This document shows, piece after piece, positions 25,766 to 37,267 of a stretch of 49,470 nucleotides of DNA; positions within the stretch are counted from its first letter, which is position 1, and every line of letters starts with the position of its first letter. The translations under genes and the position numbers were made by a program. The stretch covers positions 62,001 to 111,470 of the forward strand of contig JALDZS010000069.1 in the NCBI GenBank assembly GCA_022813965.1, given 5' to 3'. The stretch is from Toensbergia leucococca (lineage: Eukaryota). Under the pieces are notes generated by a model. The model had not been told where the DNA came from. It worked only from the letters and a program-made list of their open reading frames with translations, and did no database searches.

Positions 25766-28564
25766 ATGCCAGGAGAAGTGATTGACCAGGCAAACCCTCC
25801 GCCTCCTCCATCCCATATACCCGACGACGTCCTCTCCCTCGTTGTTAAGCTGGAGAAAACCAAGCTCGATGAGTCTACTTTCGCGGGATTGCAGCAGTTT
25901 AGGCGTGCCGCAAACTACATTGCTGCTGGTAAACCACATTCGGCCCCTTTTGGCTTTCATCAAGTATCGTAGCTGAACTGTCCTCTTCAGCCATGATTTT
26001 TTTGGCAGATAATGCTCTACTCGAGAGAGACCTGAAATTTGACGACATCAAGCCTCGACTCCTTGGACATTGGGGAACGTGTCCCGGATTGACACTCGTC
26101 TATTCGCACCTTAATCTACTTGTAAGGAAGCACGATCTGGACCTGATATATGTTGTTGGACCCGGGCACGGGGCACCGGGCATTTTGTCTTGTTTGTGGC
26201 TGGAAGGTTCCATGGGAAGATTCTATCCACAGTACAGTAGAAATAAACAAGGATTACACAACCTCATTACTGGCTTCAGTACTCCGCATGGACTCCCAAG
26301 GTAGGTCCACTCCTAGTCGAGCGAACGCTCTTTGTCATTGCACGAGGATCTATCACTTGAGTGTTTGGTGATTTCAGAAGATCTTATAATTTAATTATAG
26401 CTGATATCGGTGAAGCCATATCAACGCAGAAACACCAGGTTCCATACACGAAGGCGGAGAACTTGGCTATGCACTTTCAGTCTCCTTCGGCGCCGTCATG
26501 GACAAACCAAACCTTATTGTAGCTTGCATTGTTGGTGACGGCGAAGCAGAAAGTGGACCAACCGCTGGTAAGCAGAAAGCCCGCTCTAGGATAACAGGAT
26601 TCTGATTCAATTTTTCGTGTAGGAGCATGGCACGCAGCGAAGTACATTGACCCAAAGGAATCCGGTGCCGTCCTACCAATTGTTCATGTGAATGGATTCA
26701 AGATCAGCGAGCGAACTATTTATGGCTGTATGGACGATAAGGAAATGGTATCGCTGTTCACAGGCTATGGTTATCAATGTCGTTTCGTTGAGGACCTTGA
26801 AGATATCGATGCCGATCTAGGTGCTTCCATGGAATGGGCTCTGGGTGAGATTCATCGAATCCAAAAAGCAGCTCGATCTGGTAAACCAATTATGAAGCCT
26901 CGCTGGCCTGTTTTAATTATGCGAACTCCCAAGGGATGGGGAGGACCCAAGAAAGTTCACGGCGAGTTCGTAGAAGGCTCATTCCACGCACATCAAGTGC
27001 CTCTGATGGCAGCCAAGACTGATGAAGAAGAGTTAAAGCAGCTCCAAGAGTGGTTAGGGGGTTACAAGCCGAAGGAGCTTTTTACAGAAGAAGGCGGAAT
27101 CACGGATACAATTGCTAGCATCATACCCCTTGACGATAGCAAAAAGCTTGGACAGCACGTCCTCACATATGGATCACACGAAGTCCTCAAGATTCCTGAT
27201 TGGCAAAAATATGGGGTCAAAAAAGGCGATCAAGCCAGTTGCATGCAGACCATTGGGGAGCTTCTAGACCAGATTATGGTCGATAATCCTCACAGCATGA
27301 GGATATTCTCTCCTGATGAACTTGTTAGTAATAAATTAGATGCGGTCTTTCGTCACACTGGGAGAAATTTCCAATGGGACCAGTTTTCTCACGCTCAAGG
27401 TGGACGCGTCATTGAGATTCTCTCCGAGCACACTTGCCAAGGCCTTCTTCAAGGCTATACATTAACCGGAAGGACTGGTCTGTTCCCGTCGTATGAAAGC
27501 TTTCTGGGTATCGTCCACACCATGATGGTCCAATACAGCAAATTTAACAAGATGGTACCTCTTAAAGTCCATGCGTACTGAATTGCCAAGCTGACTTGCC
27601 TCATTTTCTAGTCTCGAGAGGTGCCCTGGAGAAAGGACATTAGCAGTATCAACTATCTTGAGACGAGCACCTGGACACGTCAAGAGCACAATGGCTTTTC
27701 TCACCAGAATCCTTCCTTTATTGGAGCTGTCCTTAATCTCAAGCCGGGAGCTGCCCGAGTATATCTGCCACCCGATCCGAACACCTTCTTGTCTACCTTG
27801 GCACATTGCCTTCGCTCCAAAAATTACGTTAATCTCATGGTCGGCTCAAAGCAGCCACAGCCCGTGTTTCTATCTCCAAAAGAAGCAGATGCACATTGTC
27901 ATGCAGGGGCCTCCGTCTGGAAATTTGCCAGTGTTGATGACGGACTTGACCCCGATGTGGTCATTGTAGGGATCGGCGCAGAGCTAATGTTCGAGGTCAT
28001 CGAAGCAGCATCGATACTTCGCGAGATGGCTCCAAGCCTCCGCGTCCGTGTCATTAATGTTACCGATCTCATGGTCCTCGGCCTAGAAGGGTCTCATCCT
28101 CATTCTCTAACACATGACGACTTTGATGCTCTGTTTACTGCAGATCGATCTATTCATTTCAACTATCATGGCTATCCGAACGAACTCAAGGGCTTGCTTT
28201 TTGGACGACCCAAGCTTGACCGGATTAGTATAGAGTGCTACGCCGAGGAGGGTTCAACGACAACGCCATTCGACATGATGCTTCGCAATCGAGTAAGTAG
28301 GTACCATGTCGCCGAGGCAGCTATAAAGGGAGGGGCAGAACATAACTCGGCAATTCGTCTGGACCGCTCGAAACATCTGTCGGACCTTCGCCATCGTATC
28401 ACCAAGACGCATGATTATATCATGAAGACTGGTAAAGGTATGTGCTCATTTCCACGGTATCTGCCTGAAAGAGACTGACACATTTAGATCCCGAGGGGAT
28501 GTACGATACTCCAAGTTTCGATGGCTCGGGTCCGAAGCATCGAGACATTGGATACGCTGATTGA
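25766..28564 (+). CDS. xfp: Xylulose-5-phosphate/fructose-6-phosphate phosphoketolase, about 819 aa. Exons 25766-25928, 25991-26300, 26416-26567, 26623-27554, 27612-28437, 28488-28564
   Basis: Motifs [35 protein letters not shown]-binding GDGEAESGP...[31 protein letters not shown] and [11 protein letters not shown]. Five introns give 2460 nt in frame. Confidence 0.97.
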
Positions 28565-30471
28565 AGGTTGTCCACTTCAGACAAGGCACACGAGTGGTGA
28601 GCCGTGATCTGTCCTCCTTCGAAGCGATAGACATAGGATAATGCACACAGGCATTTCTTCAATAGAATATGTTATGCAACCTCGGTTATGCTAATACCAT
28701 AAAGTGGTCACTTGAAGTGACATTTGAAAGACGGGGAGAAGTAGAGCACTGTGTACCATCTTGCGGGCACATCTTGGTCTACTTGTTAACGCCACAATGA
28801 AATTCGAACAATTGCTTTGTAGATAATGGAGACCATCTTTTGAGCTACTTAAGTCTCAAGTGATATGTTCCACACCTACCGCTGCAATCAGCCTCCCTCT
28901 GTGTCTATGGCGCATGAGCGCAGAATCAAATGCGAGCATCAAACCCACCTGAAATAACAACATTCGGGGGGTAAAAGATAGATATGTCAGGAACAAACGA
29001 TCGTGAAAATAAAGTAGATACATTCTGGCTGCCAAATTGCAGTAACGACGCAGTTCATTGACTTTGGGTCCTTGGGAGACAGCCAAAAGGATACATTCGG
29101 CTTGGCTAGATCAAAGATGCCTCCTTCTGGTGCCGTGCATGTTTCCAGTATACGGGCTGCCTTGATGTATTGCAAATACCTAGCTAATGAAGCATGAGGT
29201 TGTAGCCTTTGAGAGTGAATTGTTATATTGCTAAAAGACCTCCTGCTTCTTTGATTCGAGGGCGCGAGCTTTTGGAGGGTGCAGATATGACGGCCTTCTT
29301 TGAATCGGGTGAGCATATTGCATAAAGGAGTATGGTCTGACGCCTGGTAGAGCCGACGTATGTACCTGCCATTACTTGAGCCCTGGTTTGATCGTACCTA
29401 TGCCTTGACCAAAGAGAAAGTGAAAACAGAACGACAGATTCACGTCCAACTAGGGGGGTGTTGTGTTGCATACTCAGACTCTCCTTTGACTTTCTGAAAG
29501 TTGAGGGTTCGAGCTTGAGTATGTCATTGTAGGTCGCTCTGTTACCGGGTCCCAAACTGTGGATTTGGCTTAGTGCTAAGAACGGAAACACTGGTTTGGT
29601 TGTGCGTTGAAGTCTGAGGGTCTTCTGAATAATGCATTGTGATAGTCAGTATGGAGATGAAAAGATTCCAAGACCATTGTCTCGATATTCATCCAATTTG
29701 ATCTTCCTCTTACTCTCAGGTAGTGATCCACATCACTCAAAACGTACATTTGTCACTCGTTGTCAAGGCAGATGATTAGTATACATATTCATAATTTTGA
29801 TGAGCTGATAAGCTCACAGTCACAATAGGTCTTCCGAGGCTTCTTACTTTGCTAACAACGACTGTTTTTCCAATAGATACACAGAGACATTGAAGCCAAG
29901 GTGGAGAGTCTCTATTTAGCTCCGAAGAAGGTGGTCTCCGGGTGCTTGACGTCAAATTACAGTCATCGAAGCTTGAATAACATACTCATGGCCTCGTATT
30001 CAAATTGTCATTTCGCCGAGCCTACCTTGTTGTTACATTTTTGTTAGCAGCACGTTGAAATTTGAAATCTGGGGTTAGCTTATGGGTAATCCACCTGCAT
30101 AAGGAGCCAGACTCCAGATAAGATCCCTGCTTCGGCCCAGAGGACGTAAACCCCGCCATTTGCACTTACCCTCAACGCCTCGAGTATCGACAACGCTACC
30201 AAATCACATCGGAAGCGGTATTTTCTCTAATGAATCTCCTCTCAAAGATTGCTCAACTCGAGAAACAACAAAGTAGATATCCCACATCCCCACGTGTCCA
30301 GTCTAGAAGCATGCTGACGGCTGACTGATTAATAGGCGGAAGATAGCTTGGACATCATCTTGTGGACTGATCAACGAGAAAGACTTCTGTATAGGTCTTT
30401 GATCCCTGCGACTGGACGTTGAACCTAGCTGACCTAACCCCAGCTCGAGCATGCTTGCGTAGCCTGCCAGC

Positions 30472-33400
30472 ATGCTTTCGCCAAACAATCCGGTGGGGAC
30501 TCGCATTCTACATACTTCAGCGAGCAGAACTCTTGGCCAAGCTCCTGTCCCTCATTCCATCATCCTCAATAGCTCGAGTACAACTCGACGTTTTCAAGCT
30601 CGAAGCAGTCTACCCTCCACTAGTCGTAACTTCTGGTGGGGTAAGCGGAGCGGCCACTGGACCTATTGCTTAAACGCTAATTTGTATAAACACCTTGAAG
30701 CTACTCTGAGAGCGGCAAAGCACAAAAGCGCCGAGAACCTCAATCGGCGTACACTATGGGATCGGGACATCTCAGAAAACCGAAATCGTCCGAAATCGGA
30801 AAGAGTCAGTGTCGATCACGCTCCAAAGGACAAAAACAAGCCAGAGGAAGAGACGGTTTTTGAGTGGTATAAGATATACGAGAAGCTGCAGGAAGAGAAG
30901 GCTGATACTTTCCATGGGCTCAAAAAGCACGACTGGTACGGTGCTTATCAGACGAAACAAAAAGAGATGGCCACGCATTTTGCAGACTTCAAGCGTAGAG
31001 TAGATGATGATCCATTTGGCATGCTCTTTGGGAGGCGATTGACTCTTCGTCAACTACACGACTGGGGATCGTATAACAGATCGAAAGTCGAGTGTTCCCG
31101 CAAGCAGGGGACATACCCCCCCGATAATACACAACAAAAACACGACGTGGATGAAAGCGGACAAAATATCAGGTTTTCAAGTAAGTCTCAGACGACCAAA
31201 AGTGCATCTGGAAGCTCGAGCAGTGCCATCGAAGACTTTGAATTTGATCCCATCACGATGCGTAAAGTTCCGAAGAAGAATGTTCACCAGAGCCAGATCC
31301 AAGCAAATCCAGTACAGGATCTAGATGCAGCCGCAAATATCCCTGTCAATCCTACTATGCCTATGAGATCAGAATTCGAAGATCCTGGAACGTACTCGAA
31401 TTCTGACCTACTAAAAGGCCGCTCTGATGTTCATAGCGATACCGATAACCCTCTGTCTCTCAAGATCCACAACTCGGATTCAGTTCAACCTGATCAAAAT
31501 TGGCTTTCCAAGGAAGGCTTTGGTGCACGTCATCAAGCCAAAACTTTGAAGCTGAGCTTTGTACCTACCCTTTCAAACAATGGGGACCAGAAAACCAAGA
31601 TTGAAAGCTCCTTAGATCGACACTTACGGAGTCCTATAGCTAGTGCAGAAAAGAACAATCACACAAGATCAGAGTACACAGTCGAGGATAAGAAGAGTGA
31701 AGACGTTGACTTCCTTAGAGCCAGTGATATCAGAGCATCTTCGGGTCTCGCTTCAAGAACGCGAAGAGAGGCGGAATCGAAGAAGCAAGAAAAAAGACAA
31801 AATCTTCCTGCTGAGTATGGTAACGACATTGCTCAAGCAGGTGACTCCAGTGGAAAACCCGTATGGGTTCAGCCATCGTTTGCAGGGGATCATGAATCAG
31901 AACACCTTGACCGTCCCTTTCCGAAGGAACAGCCTACTACTGGAGTTGGGTCAAAGATCCCTGAGGTAGATGGCGGCGATGAGAAAGCTCCTCCAGTAAA
32001 CCTGACTTCGTTTGCTGGCGAAAAATGGCAGGATTCTACCAGAGCCTTACTGGAGGCGGAAGTCGAAGCACAGAAAATAGCCATGCAAGCCATGAATATG
32101 CGTAAGACTGACGACTCCAAGTTGCAGAATTCTTCCTCGGCGCCCCCTCTCTACCCAGGCGAAGGTGACATGGCTCATAACGTCCATGAACTTGTTGGTC
32201 AAGATCGCTGGTACAAACAAAAAGCACCACATGCTTTGACGCAGACGAGAGAGGAAGACATAGATATGATAGATTTAGGTCGGGGTGAAGGTGACATGGC
32301 CTCTAACGTTCACGAGTTCGCTGGTACGGACCGCTGGTACAAGCAAAAAGCTCCACATGCGATACAGCAAGCGTCACTGAAGCTTCGGCCGTCGACACAA
32401 GATAGAGCACTGATACGCGAGGTTAGAGATAACTATCAGTTGGCATTTGGAAAGATTGGCACTAAACATCGCCAACCTTCGCAACGAAAAACGCAATCGC
32501 AGGCATCCATTACATCTCCTCTGCGGCCGTCACCACCCTTCCCATCATTGGAACCACAAAATGGATTAAGTAAAGTCTCTGCATCCCAAACACCGGCAAA
32601 TGAGCCACTAGCGATCATCCAGAAGCTTTATCAAGGCCTGCGGGACACTCAACGTCTTGTTCATCATACGAGACTGATATTTAGTACTAAAGATGATGTA
32701 TACCGGAGCTGCGAAGCATACGCACAGAGTGCCATGAGAACCTTCAAGGCCGCGTTGGAGATATTTGAAATGAAAGAATTCGGGGCACTTTCCAATCAGC
32801 ATGAGAACGGAATTGCCGGAAATGAGGCTGCATCTCTAAACTCGGATTCCCTCAACTTCGTTTCATTCAACGAGTCACGAAATTCCCGTATACCACCGCC
32901 ATCAGCAATAAGCATCTACAAGATCTTAGCTTTTGATTCCTCAACGCAAGAAGTTGTAACAACAGGGACAACCTCATCGATAGCAACATCAGACGAGGTG
33001 CTGCTCCCGCCACCTGAAGCTCTGTCGCGCCTCTCAAGCCCGGCCAAATTTCTTCCTTATCTTTCCGCTCTTCACGTTGCAGGCTACGAGATTGTTTCTG
33101 GCAGCACTAATCTTCTTGTCTTCAAGAAGGTGAGAGAGACGCAGGATCACATGCAAAATGCAGACGAACTGCAGTTCTCCAGGAATACTGCAGATGTAGC
33201 TAAGCAGCCAGTGAATTTCATGAATCCTATAGATGGCACAACGATACAGACTGGCAATTTCGCGTCACCTACTGGATTCGTGAACCATGATTCTGTCTTA
33301 CCTGCCTCTTTCTCAGAGCTCAAAAAACCACCTTCGTCTGCAGCTTCTAACATTAGTCCTAATGAAAAGGTAAAAAGGGAAGAGGACGTGTTCTCTGGCT

Positions 33401-33576
33401 CCTCGCGTAATCGCTGGCAGGAGAAGAACAATAAGCCTAGAGGCAAGCTCGGCATGGCAGCAAAGCGGGTGTTCTGGGTGTCTGTGTGGATGGCAGGCTG
33501 TTGTTATGCCGTGGGTGTTGTAGCAGAGTTCTTTCGCACAGGAGGATCAAGTGGACTTGGCGCACAAGGGTTTTAG
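30472..33576 (+). CDS. Fungal hypothetical protein, 1034 aa, with a possible mitochondrial presequence and a C-terminal transmembrane segment
   Basis: Uninterrupted 3.1-kb ORF. The N-terminus is Arg/Ser-rich and lacks acidic residues. Motif-like blocks DPFGMLFG, FEFDPITMRKV, DVDFLRASDIRA and NPIDGT...TGNFASPTGFVNHD. Hydrophobic VFWVSVWMAGCCYAVGVVAEFF near the end. Confidence 0.85.
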   Translation: MLSPNNPVGTRILHTSASRTLGQAPVPHSIILNSSSTTRRFQARSSLPSTSRNFWWGKRSGHWTYCLNANLYKHLEATLRAAKHKSAENLNRRTLWDRDISENRNRPKSERVSVDHAPKDKNKPEEETVFEWYKIYEKLQEEKADTFHGLKKHDWYGAYQTKQKEMATHFADFKRRVDDDPFGMLFGRRLTLRQLHDWGSYNRSKVECSRKQGTYPPDNTQQKHDVDESGQNIRFSSKSQTTKSASGSSSSAIEDFEFDPITMRKVPKKNVHQSQIQANPVQDLDAAANIPVNPTMPMRSEFEDPGTYSNSDLLKGRSDVHSDTDNPLSLKIHNSDSVQPDQNWLSKEGFGARHQAKTLKLSFVPTLSNNGDQKTKIESSLDRHLRSPIASAEKNNHTRSEYTVEDKKSEDVDFLRASDIRASSGLASRTRREAESKKQEKRQNLPAEYGNDIAQAGDSSGKPVWVQPSFAGDHESEHLDRPFPKEQPTTGVGSKIPEVDGGDEKAPPVNLTSFAGEKWQDSTRALLEAEVEAQKIAMQAMNMRKTDDSKLQNSSSAPPLYPGEGDMAHNVHELVGQDRWYKQKAPHALTQTREEDIDMIDLGRGEGDMASNVHEFAGTDRWYKQKAPHAIQQASLKLRPSTQDRALIREVRDNYQLAFGKIGTKHRQPSQRKTQSQASITSPLRPSPPFPSLEPQNGLSKVSASQTPANEPLAIIQKLYQGLRDTQRLVHHTRLIFSTKDDVYRSCEAYAQSAMRTFKAALEIFEMKEFGALSNQHENGIAGNEAASLNSDSLNFVSFNESRNSRIPPPSAISIYKILAFDSSTQEVVTTGTTSSIATSDEVLLPPPEALSRLSSPAKFLPYLSALHVAGYEIVSGSTNLLVFKKVRETQDHMQNADELQFSRNTADVAKQPVNFMNPIDGTTIQTGNFASPTGFVNHDSVLPASFSELKKPPSSAASNISPNEKVKREEDVFSGSSRNRWQEKNNKPRGKLGMAAKRVFWVSVWMAGCCYAVGVVAEFFRTGGSSGLGAQGF

Positions 33577-36500
33577 AATTCGGAATTGTGATGGTGAAGG
33601 TGAAGGGACTCATGGAATGCATGGCGTCACGAATGTTGAACGAGGGCTATTGGCGAACGCTAGCATGACCTAGGCTAAGATTTATCTCGGCTTTGACTCA
33701 GGATATGCATAATATAGAAGTCTTGGCGGAGGATACAAGGAGGTATGTTTGGATTGTGACGGAGGACAGCAGGCATATAACGCAAGGCATGATGGAATAC
33801 CCAACTCAATATTGACATACTACACCATTAGATCCCCTTCTAAGCAGTCAAATCTCTGACTTCTCTGTTGAGAGCGTTAGTCGAGTACACTTGTGGGTGA
33901 TGTTCGGACGATTTATAAGTAGTTGCAATTGCCATCTAATCAATCCAGGGGTTTATTTAAGAGTCCAAGGGTTCCCAAATTGAATTAGCTACTCAAGAGA
34001 TCCTCTGATACATTATTTCGCGGCCCGGTGGGTGGCAATGCCATCATATTCCACATTCCACGATTTAAGAAATTTTCCATGCAAATTGTGATGGCATGGA
34101 TATGAGTAAGGTAACAGAACCATAGGACTGAACTACAAAACTTAGAATACCTTATTGGAGTGAGTTACAGTTGCCGATACGTAACAGCCGCCGCAGCGAT
34201 CAAAGCACCCCTCGATTTCGACCCCGTTACTCAGGTACGCGCCCAAAAAGCTCCGAAAAGGGTTGCATTTAGCCGTAATACAAGCCACCAACATTGATGT
34301 CCATATCTCTGCTAAAGAGTATGATGTGATGCATGGTCACATACAAGCAATGTACCTAGTTAGAGTTCTATGATTGTTGAGGGGGTGAAACACAGCATTG
34401 GTGTCATGTTTTAGCATCAGTCGTAAGCAAGGCTGAGCTTTGAACCTCCGACTTTGTTCGCAAACGTAATTAGTCATGATCCTTTGTTGCAAACGGCCTA
34501 CATGGAGTAGCTTTCTCGTCCGCTTTTTGAGGTTTGCTTATCCTAGTATCACATGGTGGCTTGAGCATGGCTTTGAAGGCGGAGGATGAAAGAAGATTTG
34601 ATTACGACTACGCACTTGGAAGCAGATGATCAATTTAAGAGTCCGTCTTTCTTTGTGTAAGATAGAGATTGGTAACAAGGATAGAATAAGGGTTGTGCTG
34701 AGAGAGAAGTGCACATGTGAAGCTGACGAAGGTTTAATTTGAAAGCGTAGAGAAGACGGAACATTTCATTGATGGTCCTAAACTCCTAATGAGTACGAGT
34801 AGTAGAGTAACTCGAGAGTAGCAAGTAAGGTAGAGGTATCCGTAGGTAGCTCGAGTAGTTCCACGTGCTGGGGAATCACACGCTAATTGCCGAAAAGGAT
34901 TCACATTCAGGAACAGATTGCTGCACAGGGATGCCACACACAACTTCTACTTTCCACGCGACCTTTAATAAAGCGGCCAGTAACGACTGATTAGGTGCAC
35001 CGCCGTATTAGGCATAGCGTGTCCCACTACGACACTCCAAGAAGATTGTGGCTGCAGCAGTGCAGCATCAATAATCAAGGTATGCAGGCCTTGCATCCGA
35101 GTTGCTTCCGAGTTCCGATTTCACTTCTTATCTGGTCAAGTCTGTCACAGAATCAACAGGAGACGTGGAAGTACAGCGACTCTGTGAGCCAAGTGTGACA
35201 TGAACATAGCTACCAACCGGCAAGACTTAGACTCAGCCTTGTTGTTTCTGGATGCTCGAAATAACCATAAGATGGTGATACGACTGCGCCCATGTGTTTC
35301 TTTGGAAAATGGCAAACCCGAGATGGCGCCAGCACGCGCTAATGCAATCCGCCAGGTCATGCCCGCTACCTACCCTCCTACCTTACCCGCTCTGAACCTA
35401 AAGACTTTTGGTTGGACAAAAGCTTCTCATTTTATTGCCAAGAGATTGCGCCCACGCTGCGCATTCATCTGTGCAAAAGACACTGGCAGAGAAAGCGGGT
35501 ATCTCTGGACCTTTGCGACCATTGATCTCAAGCATGGTAACTACTGGAGTAAGCTGCCTATCATAAGCTTCTTTCATTTGGGACGTTTCGCGGAATCATT
35601 GTACAAAACTCTTGGTTATGGTATGGCATCTCGTGGTAATACCAAGGCTAGAATACCTAGCGAAATTGAAGGGACGAGACGTGCAAAGCCTATCCTAATA
35701 GAATGTTCCCATGTTTTCATCGTCACATATTGACAGCCACGACCTACAGTCGCATACAATGAAGCTATGTCAATGAGTGCATTCGTCCATCAGGTCATAT
35801 GGACAGTCATCAAGGGATTCAGAACGGTGGAAGGATGAAATTCCATAGATAGCAACATATTATTTAGGTGACCGAGAAGCGCCAGTAGAGTAGCTCTCGT
35901 ATCATGCAGCCCGTTATTTACAACGCTATACTGCTTTGGACGATACCCTTGCGCCGCCCTTGCGAGAGCTATATGCCAACCATCGATTCTCCATGTCATT
36001 CGCGGCCTGTCGCCAATGCCATGGGTGCAGCAATAGCAGCAACACGCCAGGCCGCACCTTGGGTAGGGCAGCTGGAGGAACCTCTCATCTCATCTCCCTC
36101 CCGTCATTTTCGTACCTCCAAGGCTCGTCGTCTCCTCCTCGTCTCCTCCTCGCAGTTCGTCGACACCACTTCCTGCCTCTCGGACCTGTCGTCGCCATAA
36201 GTTCCATTGGCGCACTGCAAAGTCCACTCCGACCCAGGCCAGGCAACCTGTCCAACGGTCGCAAGGAAGTAGGGAGGAATCTTACCAGTTACACCAACAT
36301 TAGCAGCATTGGGCCACATTGCTTGCCACCACCTTCCTTTACGCGGGAATCTTCCCATTACATTCTTTTATGACATTTGTCGCAACTATTGTCTTCTCCG
36401 TTGATGTTCTTTGTTGGGCTCGGATAGGTGCTGCAAATATTAGCAGTCGCTCCTTTGGTGTCCTGGAACCGTACGATCCCTTGCATCTAGCTCGAGTCTC

Positions 36501-36992
36501 TTCAGCTTCACGACTCTCACCATTTCATCAAAGCCCATATTTGTCAAGTACAATCGCGCTTTTCAACGCCTCCTTGACGGACAAGGCTTACTTTTGAAAG
36601 ACACCTCGGAAGTTCTTTGTTGAACTTTCCTTAACGTCCACGTGGATCCAGATTCGAGCTTTGCAGCACAGTCCAATATTATCTAAAGCATCTAGCCCTC
36701 GTGGATGGAAGAGATTGGATCATATTTCAATCAACAAAGGGCAGATTAACCAAAACCAAGTCGCACCAGCCTTGAGGACTACAATTTCCACACCTACGAC
36801 GTATTTTCCGTGCTCGAGAAGCCTGCCCACTCAAATATTAAAAGCCCCCGAATTGGAGTCTGGCATCAGAGGCCTGCTGAAGGGAAAAGAGCATCATCTT
36901 CGCGGCTCATTAGTCGCTTTTCCTTCTGGACCTTTGCTGTCCCTCCACACTCATTTAGAAGCGTTAAGTCCAACACCTAGAACACTGCGATA

Positions 36993-37194
36993 GTAAGTCT
37001 ACCATCTCCCTATTTCCGAGATCTAAGTTCCTAAAGCGTCAAAGAAATGGTTGCCATCAAAGGGAACCTAGCTAATGGCATCATTTGCAGATACGTTCTT
37101 TACTACCTTGACTCGTCAATTTCACTCATTCTGATCTTTTCCTGACAGTAGGTTATCGATACTGCTACACGTAAAACATAGCTGACATACCTAG
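36993..37194 (+). other. Probable 5'-UTR introns of MSB2 (36993-37090 and 37148-37194)
   Basis: GTAAGT...GCTAAT...TTTGCAG and GTAGGT...GCTGAC...CTAG; an additional TACTAAC at 37233-37239 precedes tandem AG acceptors just before the ATG. Confidence 0.55.
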
Positions 37195-37267
37195 AAAGTC
37201 GCAATTTGCCAAAAATAGACCATCGAGCAATATACTAACACAAATATACCCCACAAAAGCAGCAGTC

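Noticed and set aside
35200..35733. 177-aa ORF upstream of MSB2
   Set aside because: No recognisable motif or supporting gene structure.
36993..37265. Possible stwintron (nested intron) in the MSB2 leader
   Set aside because: Removing either internal intron does not create a new canonical donor.
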